DNA of 64,000 bases from a virus. Position 1 is the stretch's first letter; each line of letters starts with the position of its first letter. Where the stretch lies: IMG/VR virus record IMGVR_UViG_3300035185_000025, positions 1 to 64,000 of that record; one strand, 5' to 3'. Of this stretch, positions 63,989 through 64,000 are shown piece after piece. Both the position numbers and the translations under genes were made by a program. The notes beneath the pieces were generated by a model. It worked only from the letters and a program-made list of their open reading frames with translations. It was not told the DNA's origin and ran no database searches.

Positions 63989-64000
63989 ATGGCCAAGAAG

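Noticed and set aside
1-64000. tRNA/rRNA genes, integrase/att sites, sigma factor, major capsid
   Set aside because: None recognisable by eye; tRNAscan-SE and HMM searches would be needed to exclude divergent ones.

Overview
A 64-kb segment of a high-GC tailed dsDNA phage with a contractile tail. It contains terminase, portal, MuF head protein, head-completion genes, sheath, tube, frameshifted tail chaperone, tape measure, baseplate, GH25 endolysin, replication initiator plus DnaB, RecE/RecT-like recombination, a resolvase, DNA methylases and a DpdA/TGT-like gene. I found no major capsid, integrase, sigma factor, tRNA or CRISPR in the window. Cys-containing lipoproteins and GC content suggest a myxobacterial-type host (inference only). 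The main observation is regulatory. Most transcription units are short and begin with a promoter-like motif at a fixed distance from the start codon, which implies leaderless mRNA. There are three motif classes. Class A is TAnnnT-N5-8-start (27 copies, at most virion/packaging units). Class B is ECF-like (G/C/A)GGAAG(C/T)-N16-NGTA(G/T)-N7-8-start (28 copies, mostly small non-structural genes interleaved on the opposite strand). Class C is G(G/A/C)AATAG-N14-(G/T)GT(TG/AT)-N8-start (4 copies). A and B motifs are repeatedly interlocked back-to-back, and nine convergent gene pairs share a single CTAG double stop. Protein calls come from motif recognition and synteny, not database searches. Many start codons were moved from the ORF track using the promoter spacing.
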